A stretch of DNA of 64,000 bases, taken from the NCBI RefSeq assembly GCF_009914755.1, contig NC_060931.1. The stretch is one strand, 5' to 3'. The translations under genes were made by a program, and so were the position numbers. The DNA comes from the human T2T-CHM13v2.0 reference genome, Homo sapiens. Below are positions 40,799-56,284 of this stretch, piece by piece (positions within the stretch are counted from its first letter, which is position 1; every line of letters begins with the position of its first letter). The notes below the pieces were generated by a model. That model searched no databases. It saw only the letters and a list, made by a program, of their open reading frames with translations, and was not told the origin of the DNA.

Positions 40799-42212
40799 CT
40801 GAAGGAAACACAAGAGTTATCATTACTGTTCCAACACACGGCAAAACTTTTCACCCTGACTACCAAGAGTGGGATGGGATTTGTTGCAAAAATACCTCTT
40901 GGACAGGGCAGGGTAGAAAGGGAATGATACAAAGGAGAATTGGTCTGTGCAACGGAAACTCTAAAAAGACACTGTAAGTCATAATATAAAATTTTACAAA
41001 AACTCCTTTTATCAGAACTAAAAAAGGCACAAGAAACCAGATACTAATATAGAAGCATCATGGCAAATGAAGGAATGTATTCCAGAGCCAGACAGAGATA
41101 CCACCACGCTACAGCTGGCCGGAGTTTATGACTCCGGGTTTCAATAATTGCGCATTTATTTACTTATTTACAAACAGCATACTTACTTGCACTGGAAAAG
41201 ATAACACAGTATTGTGAAAAGAGGCCTATACATGAGGTCAAAGGCCAGTTTCAGCCCTTGTTCTGCAATTTATTTGCTGTATGAGCACAAGAGTATTGTT
41301 TAAGAGAAAAATGATCCTCAGTTTCCAAATGTATAAAATAGAAATTTTCATCTGGACACACCGCAGTGGGTCATTGCAAGAAGTAAATTAATTAGAAATC
41401 ATGTTCTAATTGATTAGAAAATGCATCATGGGCTCTATACAGGATGCTTAAGTTCACCCTTGACCAATAAGTGATTTATGGAGACTAAGACCCTAGGAAG
41501 CCAAGTTAAAGATAAAAAGAACAAATAAATCTGAGCAGAAACATCACTGGCTGCACAACGAGGGGAAATATACTTTACAGAATTCGTCTTGCCAAACTAA
41601 TAAACATATAAACCAATGACCAAACAAACAAAAACAACGACAACAAGCCAGGAAAAGGAGGTAGGCCAATACCCAGAGTGGCTGCAATATATTATCTAAA
41701 ATGTCCAGTTATCAATGAAAAATTATGAGACATCCAAAGAAACATTAAGTGTGACCCAAACATGAGAAAAATAAGCAGGCAATAGAAACTGCCTATGAGG
41801 AGACTCAGATGTTGGAATTAGCAAGGACTTTGAAACAGCTATTATAAACATGATTCAAAGAATGAAAGGAAACCATATTTTTAAAAATCAAAGGAAGTTA
41901 GAACAATGTTTAGTCAAATAGAGACTATCAATAAACAGATAGAAGCTATAAATTTATAAGTTACAGAGAGAACCAAATGGAAATTATGAAGTTATATGTA
42001 TAATAATTATAACAAAAGAAATGTTCAAAAGTAAATTTGAGAAAAGAAAGAATCTAGAAACTTGAAGACAGAGTAATAGAGATTATAAATAACAGGAAGA
42101 AAAAAGTAGGAAGAAAATGAATGGCAACTCAGAGAAATGTTGAACAATTAAGTTCATGAATTATCTTTTTCTCTCTTCTTATTTAAAAAGCCATTGCATA
42201 AAGACATTTCTA

Positions 42213-42702
<490 letters not shown>

Positions 42703-42728
42703 TTAGCATACATTAAAAGCAATTTCTA

Positions 42729-43084
<356 letters not shown>

Positions 43085-44900
43085 TTATAAAACAATAATT
43101 ACAACATTGGACTGTTGGGTTTGTAACACTGATAGATGTAACATACATAACAATCATAACACAAAAAGGGAAGAGGAAATGGATCTATAGAGGAGTAAAT
43201 TTTCTACATCTTGCTGAAATTAATATAAATTTGAAGTAGTTTCTAGTAAGTTAAGGTGTATATTGTAAGCCTTAGTGCAACAACTAAGAAAATATCTAAA
43301 AATACATAATAATCATTAAAGGAGTGAAAATGATATACTAGAAAATACTTAACATAAAAGGAGGCAGTAAAGAAGAAATAGAGGAGCAAAGTAATAATGA
43401 GACATGCAAAAAATAAGCAAAATGGCATACATAAATCCATCCAACCACATCAATAATAATATTAAATGTGAATAGATTACATGATTCAACCAAAAGGCAG
43501 AGATTGTAAGACTATACACAAAACCAAGATTCAACTATATGCTGTCTACTGGAGACTACTTTAGGTTCAAGGATAAAATTAGGTTGTAAGTAAAAGGATG
43601 GAAAGAGACATGCAAACAGTAACAGCAAGGCATGTAGAGTGGTTATGTTTATATCAGACAAAAAAGAAATTAGACAAAAACAGATAGTTGCAATAAAGAG
43701 GGACATTTCCTAATGATAATGTAGGTAAATTCACCAGGAAGGTTAAAAAATTGTAAACATATAGGGACCTAACAACAGGTTCCATATACATGAGCAATAA
43801 TGGACAGAACTGAAGGGATACAGAAAACTCAAAATAATAATACTGTCAATAATGGATAGAACCACCAGGCAGAAAATCAACAAGGATACATAAGACTCAA
43901 ACAATAATATAAATCAATTAGACCTAACAGATAACCATTGAACATTTAGCCAACAAAATCAGATACATATTCTTTTCAAGTGCACATGGGACATTTTCTA
44001 GAATACACCATATAGTAGGCCACAAACAAAACTCAATAAATTTTAAACTACTGCTATTATACAGAGTATATCCTCTGACCATGATGGAATTAAATAATTA
44101 GAAATCAATGACAAAAGATATTTGGAAAATTACAAATATGTAAAAAAGTAAAAAACATACTCCTAAATATTATAATCAATGGTTCAAAGAAGAAATTGCA
44201 ACAAGAATTACAAAATGCTTTGAGATTAATAAATGAAAACACCAACATTCTAAAACACATTGGATGCAGCTAAATCAGTGCTTGAAGGGAATTTAAAGCT
44301 ATAAATGGCTATAAAGAAGATGACGAATCAATAATCTAATTTTTCACCTTAAGAAACAACAACAACAAAAAAAAACAAGAGCAAAGTAAACCAGAGCAAG
44401 TACAAGGCGGGGAAAAAAAGAATAAAAATTAGTGTAGAAATGAATGAAATAGAGAATAGAAAAACAACCACAACAATAAAAATCAATGAAGCCAAAAGCT
44501 GGTTTTTTGAAAACATCAACAAAATGACAAATCTTTAGCTAGACTGACAGACAAAAAATAAGAGAGGGAAAAAGAGATGACTTAAATTACTAAAATCAGG
44601 AATGAAATTGATATCTCTACTGACCATATAGAAATAAAAAGGATTATAGGAGAACACCATACAAAACTGTATGCCAAAAAAAATAGAGAATGTAGATGAA
44701 ATGGAAAATTCCTAGAAAGAAACAAACTACTGAAACTGACTCAAGAAGAAACAGAAATCTGAATAGTAAAGATACTGAATCAGTCATTTCAAAATTTCCA
44801 CAAAGAAAATGCCAGGTCCAAATAACTTTGCTGGTAAATGTTTATAGAAGAATCACTACCCATCCTTCACAAAATCTTCCAAATACTTGAATGCAAAGGA

Positions 44901-45183
<283 letters not shown>

Positions 45184-45430
45184 AGGAATACTTCCAAATT
45201 GATTGGGGCCAGTATTATTCTGATACCAAAACCAGACAAAGACAACACAGGAAAAGAAAGAAAACTACAGGCCAATACCTCTTATGAACATGGACACAAA
45301 AATCCTCAGAAAAGTACTAGAAATCAAATCCAGCACACAGAAAAAGATGTATACATCATGACCAAATGGAATTTATTCCCAGACTGTAAGAGTGATTCAA
45401 CATCTGAAAATCAATCAATTTTATATAACT

Positions 45431-45830
45431 TGTATCTTAGTTTGTGCTATTATAATAAAATACCTGAGACTGGGTAATATATAAAGAACAGAAATTTATT
45501 TTCACAGTTTTGGAGTCTGGGAAGTCTAAGATCAAGACACTAATAGGCTCAGTGTCTGGTGAGGCTGCTCTCTGCTTCCAAGGTGGCACCTGTTGCTGCC
45601 TCCTCCAGAGGGGAAGAAGGCTGTGACCTCACATGACAGAAGGGACAGAACGACCAAAGAGGGCCTATCTAGTTCCCTCCAGCCATTTTATAAGGTGACT
45701 AATTTCATTTATGAGAGCAGAACCCTTATGGCCTAATCACCTCCTACAGACACCACCTCTTAACTACTGTTGCACTGGGGATAGTTTGAACAGGAATTTT
45801 AGAGAGGACACAAACATCCAAAACGTAACA
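45431..45830 (-). mobile_element. MaLR solo LTR (MST/MLT1A-like)
   Basis: tgtatcttagtttg...aatacctgagactgggtaat...acaaacatccaaaacgtaaca. Confidence 0.8.
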
Positions 45831-47551
45831 AATTAATGGACTAAGGGACAAAAAACATATAATTGTCTCCATAGACCTAGGAAAAGCATTTAACAAAATC
45901 CAATACGTTTTTATAATGAAATACACACACAACAAACTAGGAATAGAAGAGAACATCCTCAATCTGATAACGGTTGTCTGTGAACGACCTCTAGCTAATA
46001 TTAATATGAAGTGGTGAAAGACTGAATGCTTCCTCCTTAAAACTGAGAAGAAGACCAGGATTTCCACGCTTGCCACTTCTGTTCAGCGTTGAATGGAGGT
46101 TCTAGTCAAGAGAATTAGGCAAGAAATAGAAATGGAAGGCATCCAGATTAGAAAGAAAGAAGCAAAGCTATCTCTAGTGACAGATGACATGATCTTATAT
46201 AGAGAAAATCTCAAGGAATTCGGTAAAAAACTATTAATACTAACAAACATGTTCAGCAGGGTTATAGGATACAAGATACTCCCCAAACTGATGTACAGAC
46301 TTGACAAATCCCTATGAAAATCCCAGTTAGCTTTTGTTTTGTTTTGTTTTTCTACCCCCTGCAGCAGGAGTCTGGAGCCCCAGTCTGCCCCAGCCAGAGC
46401 AAGGCTGGAGAGGCTGGCCGGCACCAAAGCCATTGTCCCATGCCTGTGCTGCTTTGTTTTTGCAGAAATCGACAGGCTGATTCTAAAACTCATATGGAAA
46501 TATGAGAGACCTGAAAGACCCAACCTTCTAAAAAGAACAAAGTTAGTGGGCTCAGGTTTTTCAGTTTCAAAATTTACTACTAAACTATAATAATCAAGGC
46601 AGCATAGTACTGGTATGAGAAGAGACATTTAGACTAATGGAATAGAATTGAGAATCAAGAAACAAACGTTTTAATTAGGTTATCCATTATAAAAATACAG
46701 ATAACCTACATAAAAATGGGTAAAGTACTAAGCAGACATTTCTTCAAGGAAGATATACAAAGCATATGAAAAGATGCTCAACCTCATCAATTATTAGAGA
46801 AACGCAAGTCCAAACCTTAATGGGATACCACTTCATACTAACTAGAACAGCTGTGAACAAAAAGACAATAACCAGTGTTGGTTAGGATATCAAGAAACCA
46901 GAACTCTCATACCTCGTTAGTGGGAATACAAAATGGTGCAGCCACTACGGAAAATAGTTTGGTAGTTACCATAGGACACTGTTTCCATTCCTAGTTACCT
47001 ACCCAAGGAAAATGAAACCACACACTCACACAAAAACTTGCACATAAATGTTCATAACAGTGTGATTCATTATAGCCAAAAAGTGAAAACAACCCACACA
47101 TCCATCAACTAATTAATGAATAAATAAAATATGATATGTTCATACAATAAAATATTATTCAGCAACAAAAAAGAATGAAGTACTAATATATTTTGCTACA
47201 TAGATGAAACTCAAAAACATTCACATGCTCAGTGAAAAGACAGTTACTTAAGATCATATGTTATATTATCTCATTTATATGAAATTTTCAGAATCAGCAA
47301 ACCTGTAGATATTAAATAGATTTGTGGTTGTCCAGGGCCGGTGGGAGGAAGCTGGGTGGTGGGTAAAGGGAGTGACTGCTAATAAGTCAAGGTTTTCACG
47401 GGATGATGAAAAATTGTCTAAAACTAGCTTATGGTGAAGGCTGTATAATTCAATAAATTATTAAAACCAAGGAGTTGCATACTTTAAATGGATGAACATG
47501 TGGAATGTAAATGATATCTTTAAAAACTGTTTTTAAAAAAGAAGAAAGTGA

Positions 47552-47860
47552 GGCTGGGCGCGGTGGCTCACACCTGTAATCCCAGCATTTTGGGAGACCG
47601 AGGCGGGTGGATCACGAAGTCAGGAGTTCGAGACCAGCCTGACCAACATGGTGAAACCCCATCTCTACTAAAAATACAAAAATTAGTCAGGCTTGGTGGC
47701 GCACACCTGTAATCCCAGCTACTCAGGAGGCTGAGGCAGGAGAATCACTTGAACCCGGGAGGTGGAGGTTGCAAGTGAGCCGAGATTGTGCCACTGCACT
47801 CTCCAGCCTGGGTGACAGGCGGAGACTCTGTCTCAAAAAAAAAAAAAAAAAAAAAGAAGG
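47552..47860 (+). mobile_element. Alu (AluSg-like)
   Basis: Full Alu; TSD gaagaaagt. Confidence 0.92.
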
Positions 47861-48082
47861 AGAAGAAAGTAGCTTTATAGGCTCTGAAGCACCTGCAAGA
47901 ATGCCATGCAAATATGAGTTAGCAGGATTGCAGTGATAGCACCCGGACTTTTTTATTTGCTCCATCTTAAGAAGATGAGTTCCTGACATGTTTTTGATGC
48001 TTGTTAACAACTTGGGGGAGAGCCAACTCTGGAAGAAATACAAATAATGGCTAGGATGTCTGTGTGGCATTGTGTTACTCAC

Positions 48083-48194
48083 AGGTCCTCGCCCAGACAG
48101 TCATTTCCATGGTAGCGGGGCAGCACAGTCACCACCACAGTGCACGGCTGGACCTTGGAGCCTTCGCCATCTGTGATTTCAGTGGAAACCATGA
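48083..48194 (-). CDS. PKD1L1: PKD1L1 exon ~24 (VMVSTEITDGEGSKV...CLGEDL)
   Basis: tcacag|T, CT|gtgagt, 112 nt, phase 1-2. Confidence 0.92.
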
Positions 48195-50280
48195 CTGTGA
48201 GGGAACATGTCAGAAGAGGGTCATCTTGGACATGTGGGTTACAGAGATGCTTCTTCACACATAGACAGCATCTTCTGGATGACTAAAACTGTGACAAGTG
48301 CTGACAAAGGGGCCAGGCTCCGAGCCACAGGGAGCCCAGGGAGTGAAATACAAACTCGGCAATGGACTGTCAAGGCTTGGGGTTATAGTTTGACCAGTTC
48401 CTACATGATATATAGAAATTTAACAGGCCTAGAAAAAAGGTGAAGAATTCTGACAGAGGGGACTTTTTAAAAGACATAAGACCTATTTGGGGGACCCAGG
48501 AATTCCTTCATGTAACAGGGGTGCAGGGCTGTGGTGAGGGGACCTGCAGATCAGGCTCAGAGTGCAGGTGATGGCCAGATGCTAAGGGCCACAGGCACCG
48601 TCATAGGAACCACATAGAAAGATCGACGCCCAGGTGTGCCCTATGTATCTTTATAACAACATTTTCAACCTGAAACTCAGTGCCAAGGATTGGGGACTTA
48701 ATTTTGGAGGTTGACACTTCTCAAGATGTGGTCTATGGACACTTGCAGCCCAAGCGCCAGGCATCTCGTCTACAAGCAAATTCCGTGCTCCATCTTCTCC
48801 CCACAATCCTGAGTCAGTGGATACTAGGTGGGCTCTGGAGGCAGCAATTTTAACAAATACCCTTAACAGATAAGGTTGGTCCTATGCACGGATATAGAAA
48901 ATCCCAAAGGAGCAGTTTTTAGGCAAGACTCCACTTATTTTGACAAGCTGAGTCTGCGCCACACTCACTCATGCAAAAGATGGGACAAGAAAAGGTATGT
49001 ATTAAGTATTTACTATATTGTATTTATTTTGCTTATGTTCGCCCCCTTACAAATCTTGAGTTCAGGTATTCATAGGAATTGGCTGTACTGATAGTGACAA
49101 TTACAAACAAATTGTGGTTGTGAATGATTTGAGTAACATCACTAACCCTGACACTGCTCTGGGACTGTGACCTGAAATTTGGTCTGTAAATTTATGTTAA
49201 GAAATCTTTACTTCCAACACAGAGCTGAGGCCCTGGCCCAAGGTCCTTCTACTGGAACATTTGCCCAGCCTAAGTCTCACATAACCCCGTACGCAGCTTG
49301 ACTTCAAGAAAACTCAAGATCAAACGGAGTACAAAGTCACTGTGATACAAAGCAGAGCACGATTATGAAGATCTCAAAATGCCCTGCTCAGAAGTTTTGC
49401 TCAATATAATTGATTTGTATCTAGAAGAAGGTACAAGTGTTTCTAACTGAAGGTGACAGGCAAAGTTTCATGAAGAAGAAGGAACTTCAGCTTGGCTTAA
49501 AGGAGAGGTGAAACTTAAATAAATCAAGTGAATGAACTAGTTCAGACTTCAGGCTCTAATAATCTTACCAGTCCAAATTAAAGAAACTTCTAGATCAGTG
49601 ACTCTCAACCTTCCCTGCACATCAGAATCTTCCAGGCATTTAAAAAATAAAACAGAAACTTAAAAAGTCACCAACCCCCAAGATTTTTATTTAACCAGCC
49701 TGGGTTTGCACATGTCAAGATACCTTCCTAAATGGCTGCATGTCTCTTATGCTCAGTTGAAGCCAGTTCCAAGGGACTGGTTTAGAAGTAACCACAACCT
49801 CAGGAACAGGGTCAGAGCAGAAAGTTGTAAACACTGTGGGATTCATTTTGTTTTGAGGTTATGTTACTAACATGCTAACTCACATTCATTTACCCCACAT
49901 TTTGTTCCTTAGGGGGATACCTTGATTTGGTTTCATCTATAATAAATGCAAGATTCACCAGATATGACATATTTCATTAGTAAGTAAGAAATGTCCTGAT
50001 TTTAAATATTTAATTTATATATGAAAAAACATTCTCTGGCATTTTATCATTTACAGTGTATTTCAGTTAAAATTTAAGATATAAAAAACTGATTTAATTT
50101 ATTGATATTACTAATGTTCTTTCTGCACTAAAAGGTAGATAATAAACCTAAACTGAAAAGCATTAAACTGATCAAGGTGATTTTATTTTCTAGACACAGT
50201 TTAGTTTTTGAAAACCAGGAAAAAAGGTTTAGAACTGTAGGTTGGCACAGCTAGTGACTCCAACTGGCACCATAGCTTAC

Positions 50281-50401
50281 CTTTGTAATTGTCCAAGTGC
50301 TCACCAGCTGGCAACACAAAATAATACTGGGTGTCTCTCCCATGGTACAAAGTGTGTTTGGAGGTGTTTCCTATCTGGTAACTAAATTCATAATGGAAGT
50401 C
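50281..50401 (-). CDS. PKD1L1: PKD1L1 exon ~23 (DFHYEFSYQIG...LPAGEHLDNYK)
   Basis: tcatag|G, G|gtaagc, 121 nt, phase 0-1; REJ LPAG motif. Confidence 0.92.
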
Positions 50402-50886
50402 CTATGATCCAGTCCAAGGGAGCAAAAATAGTATAAATGAACACACTGTGAATGATATCACAATACATACACACACAGCTGAGCCTTCATTGTACCAAGG
50501 ACATTCTTTACAGCCAGGAAGAGGGTAAGTGACAGGTAAGCAGCACTCCCAGCTGCCCAGAGCCCTGGGCCCTGCAGGGCTCTCCATTCACCAAGCCCAA
50601 AGGGCTCCTCGAACAACACTGAGATTCCCCACCAGTGTCTGTGTCCTCTCCTTGTCCTGGAACCTCCCCACAGTCACAAATCAGACTGTCACAGCCCCCT
50701 CAGGGTGAAGGGCCCCAGCTGCCCCTCAGCTTCCACACTGCTGGGCATCACACAGCAGGAGGAGCAGGAGGGAGGGGTCGGGGTGCCTCAAGGGAAGGCC
50801 ATGGTCTGGGACCTCTGGAGGACAAGGGTGGGGCTTCCTACAGAAGGGGTCAGGCAGAAGGGCAGGGAGGTCAGTGTCCTGGCTGA

Positions 50887-51230
<344 letters not shown>

Positions 51231-51672
51231 TGAGCAACAAAATCACAATGGTCTTCTCCATGGCCCAGAGAAAGGGTGAGGGTAAGTCCGTGTTAGAAAT
51301 GTGCCTGGGGAGGGAAAGGGCCAGGCTCCTCTCCTCACTTTGGGTCACGTGCCTGCCTTTTTCTTGGGGGCAGCATTAACGGAGGCCCCTGTTCTAACCA
51401 GGCTGCAGGGCAGACGACTCCTGGTGAGCAGGCCCTTGTCTCTTTGTGAAATTCTGAACCTTCTCAACCAGGGGGCCACTTTGCACTCCTCTCATTAGTG
51501 TGTGGGGAAGCCCATTCATGCCTAACCAACTTTCCAACATTCAACGGCAGGCTGAAATCCTTCACAGGTGGGAAGGACATTGCTGTCCATTCCTACAGCA
51601 CCCGTGACTGCTGTGACTGCCAGATGCCACTGTCGGGGGTCTCTCAGGACAGACATGGGGTTGTCCACGTAC

Positions 51673-51815
51673 TGGTTTTCCAGACATGCAGAAGACACTG
51701 AAGACGGTGTGTGCTTCCAGACCATGGTGGGGCTGCACCTGACAGGCCATGTCCCGAGGAGCCGGGTTGACTGTCAAGTACAGCTGAGCTTTACCCAGTA
51801 AGCCATGCTTCGAAG
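51673..51815 (-). CDS. PKD1L1: PKD1L1 exon ~22 (ASKHGLLGKAQLYLTVN...CMSGKP)
   Basis: ctttag|C, CCA|gtacgt, 143 nt, phase 1-0. Confidence 0.92.
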
Positions 51816-51899
51816 CTAAAGAGAAAGATGAAGCAGCGGTTTCACCCATGATGGAGAATTACAGCAGCATAGGAATAAGTTTTTATAGATAAACCTTAT

Positions 51900-52077
51900 A
51901 GCAGGGGTTCTCAAAGTAGGGTCCCCAGACCAGCAGCATCGGACTAACCTGGGAATTTGTCAGAAATGAAGATTCTGGAGCCCCACCCTAGACCTGCTGA
52001 CTCAGAAACTGAGACTCAGTGATAGTTTTCACATACCCTTAGGGGATTCTGAAGTTCTGGGGTTTGAGAACCACTGC
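51900..52077. mobile_element. MER5A-like hAT/Charlie MITE
   Basis: Terminal inverted repeats caggggttctcaaa / tttgagaaccactg; internal ccagcagcatc, gacctgctgactcagaaact. Confidence 0.8.
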
Positions 52078-53529
52078 CTATATGTTCATTAATATAACAA
52101 ACACTCACTGGGTGGGGCAGGTACTATCCTAGGCCCTGGGGAGACAGAAGTGTCTCCCTACCTGGGAGTCACATGGCAACCACCCAGACAGAAACCGAAG
52201 CCTGAGGGAGAGATGATGCTAACAGATCCATTACCCAGCAGAGCAAACTTTCTCCATTCTCCTGGATTCTCTCAAAACCTTAGCCACATACACACGTACG
52301 TACAGCTTCGTTGAATGTATAGCACCAATACAATTTTATATTTTGTTTTATTAACTATATTAATATCATAACTATTTTCCATGTTGACATAGAGCATCCA
52401 AAATCATTGTTGTAAATAGCAGCATAAGATTACATGGAACAGATATACCCTAATACGCACAATTATTATCCCCAATGATTAAACATTTTGCTTATTTTCC
52501 ATTTTCTGTTATTATTGATCACCCCATAATGATTATTCTCATACATATAGTTTTTAAATGTTTAATGTATTTGTCTTGAGATGGATTATAGAAATGAAAT
52601 TTACATGTCAAATGGTTTAAAATCTTGATGATCATCATCCTCATCGTAACAGCAGGTACCATCTATTGAGCCTCTGCTACACACCAGGCGCCCTGCTAGA
52701 CACTGTTCCTGTATTATCTTATTTAACAGTCACATTAACCATGGAAGACAGATCTCATAACAAAAGTAAAACCCAGGAGAAAAGGATGATGAATCCTGCC
52801 TGGCTGACCAGGGGAATCTCCACAAAAGAAGACACATTTGAGTGAGGAGTCTTGGGGTATCAGTCTTATACTGGGCTTAGGAAGGGATGTGGGGAAAAGA
52901 ATGGGCATTCCAGCCAAAATAACCACAGGGAAAGACTTAGAGTCACGAGGGGGCCTGGTGTTATCTGAAGAGCACGGGAAGGGAGGGCAGCAGTCAGCGA
53001 GGGTGTGCAAGGCTGCGGGAGAGAAGGCTGACAGGAGACCTGGAGCCTGAGTGCACCACCTGGCAGCCAGCCAAGGACACTGACCAGGCTGGTGGGCCAT
53101 GGAGAGACTCTCATGTGTCTCCTGCACCATTAAGGAATATGGCCCAGCTAAGAGAACTGTCTTTAGACTTGTCACTTGGGCAAATTTCAGAGGCAAAAGA
53201 AAGAGGTACAGCCAAAGGCAAAAGGTATTTGTTGAAACAAAAGCAAACGCTGCCCGTCTTGTATCCAAAGCAGGGACCCAGGGCTAGTTGTTAAATGCTA
53301 AACGTGGAAGGGGCAGGCAGATGTTTATAGAAACTGTGAGAATCAAGATGACCCTCAGGGATCTCATTGAGCCCAGCCCAGCCAGTTCTCAGGAGAAAGT
53401 GAACCTCGGGTTTCCCACTTGTATGACAATAGAGTTCACAGAGAATGCAAGTTTGCAAATTCCTGATAGGTTTTAATTAATGCAAAACTGTGGATGTTGA
53501 ACCAAACCTATCTGTAGATAAAAATTGTT

Positions 53530-54145
<616 letters not shown>

Positions 54146-54351
54146 TTAAGCCCACTGTGCTTGTCATATGGAATGAAAACCTCTAGAAATGGGGGAAAAT
54201 GTCTAGAAGTTCTGCAAAACGATGATCTCAGATTGAGATAGGCATGGAAACGCAAGAAGGAATGCAGAGCAAGGGTAAGGCGAGGCCTGTGGGTGAATTT
54301 CAATGAACATCAGTGGCACAAAACAAGCAATAACACCTTTCTAGGGTTTAA

Positions 54352-54438
54352 ATAGAGAGAGAGAGAGAGAGAGAGATTACGGACAGATTTGCAGGAAAGG
54401 AATCAACTTGTGCAGTTGTCTAGCATAAATAAGATATA

Positions 54439-54482
<44 letters not shown>
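54352..54482. repeat. (GA)n at ~54352-54376 and (TA)n at ~54433-54482 microsatellites
   Basis: Directly visible dinucleotide runs. Confidence 0.9.
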
Positions 54483-54780
<298 letters not shown>

Positions 54781-54926
54781 CTATATATATGTAATTTTTT
54801 AAAAAGGCAACTGCTTAGCCTTTACGCTGATGTAGACCTGCACCCCATTCCTTAGGAAGAGTAAACTCACAGAGACGCAGCAGGACTCCTCATCCTCTGA
54901 TAAATGCAACTGACAATGTAACATAC

Positions 54927-55004
54927 CCACAGACACTTGCAGGACGTACGTCTCTCCACTGCTCAGAGAGTATGGCTTGATTGTCACTGTCTGTTCTGTA
55001 ATAC
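54927..55004 (-). CDS. PKD1L1: PKD1L1 exon ~21 (GITEQTVTIKPYSLSSGETYVLQVSV)
   Basis: ctgcag|G, G|gtatgt, 78 nt, phase 1-1. Confidence 0.92.
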
Positions 55005-56107
55005 CTGCAGAAAAGACATGGCTGCATGGAAATGACAGTCAGTGGTCTCAAGGACAGAGGTCACACAGAGTCCTTGGAAATGAGTTCCACTCTTCCCCCA
55101 GGGGTGAAATTAACATAGATACTAGTGAAACATGCCACTCCTGCTTGGAAAGGTTGCTGGTTACTGCCTTCTATAAACAGCCTGTCCTGCCCAACAGAAG
55201 CATTACTGAGGATGGTCCATCCATCCCTGGCTCAGAAATGACACTAATGTCCCAAGCAACAAGAGAATTCTGTTAGGATCTTATTTTATATGTTTATAAT
55301 TATGTTCATGTTTAATTTGGCAATTTTATAAATCATACTATAAAGTATGATTAAGGAATTTTGAAGCTATTTTTAAGTCTGCAGAATACTGGTTATGGAC
55401 AATTTTTAACCTGGGTGTAACTGCTGACCGTGGTGACTGGATTACTTCCTTAGCAGGGAGAGGCTGACCTCACACTACTTACCCTGAAAAAAGGAGAGAT
55501 CAGAAATACAAGATTGATGATCTAAACATGGACAGTTTCTAAAATTACAATCTTACAATAGTACTTCTCAAAATGCTTCAAGGAAAGGGTGAAGGGAAAA
55601 TTATCTAAAAATAGTGTGAAATCCAGATCCTCCCCAAGAGGTCTGTAAGGATGGCACAATCACATGTATTAACACGAAAGGGGGAAATACAACAAATTGA
55701 GCAAAACCACCATGTCTGGGCTGGGAAATTCCATTAGAAATTCAATCGCTCTTCAGGAGCAGCTTCATTTTGACCAATTCATGTAAATCCCTGACCACCC
55801 TACAAAAGGCTGTCACAGAAAAGGTGCGCACCAAGGTGTCTGGGAGCACAGAACGTGCAGCACTTGGCAGCACCCCTCTTCCCCTTTGGTCTACACACAT
55901 GGATCTCCTGGTAGCAACAGACGCTAACTTTACTTTTGTTAGAAGAGTCTCAGGCCATAGTCCATAGAAGAACAAGCACAAGTAGAAAAGGTACCACAAT
56001 TCTAAATACTTATCTAGTAAAACGAAAAGTTCAGAAGAAATTGAGGGCTGATATCTAAAAGCTTCAGAAACACTGCAAATTGGAGGGTACAAAGAGGACA
56101 TTCATAC

Positions 56108-56284
56108 CTGAGGATGAATAGCCTTGGAAAACTGCTCGACCCAGCAGGGCCTTGGGCCAGTCAATCATGAGGACAGGCTCGGCTCTGCCTGCAGACAGGG
56201 AGGGGTCCACCAGGTTATCCCCATCTCCAGGGCTCTCCTCGGCACTCAAGCTAGGTCCTGATCCTGGAAAGCTGGTGTCCTTAG
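56108..56284 (-). CDS. PKD1L1: PKD1L1 exon ~20 (AKDTSFPGSG...FQGYSSS)
   Basis: tcctag|C, G|gtatga, 177 nt, phase 1-1. Confidence 0.92.

Noticed and set aside
46083-46628. 181-aa minus ORF and plus-strand RT-like ORFs
   Set aside because: Decayed L1 ORF2 (catalytic FADD altered to VTDD, with frameshifts); not an intact gene
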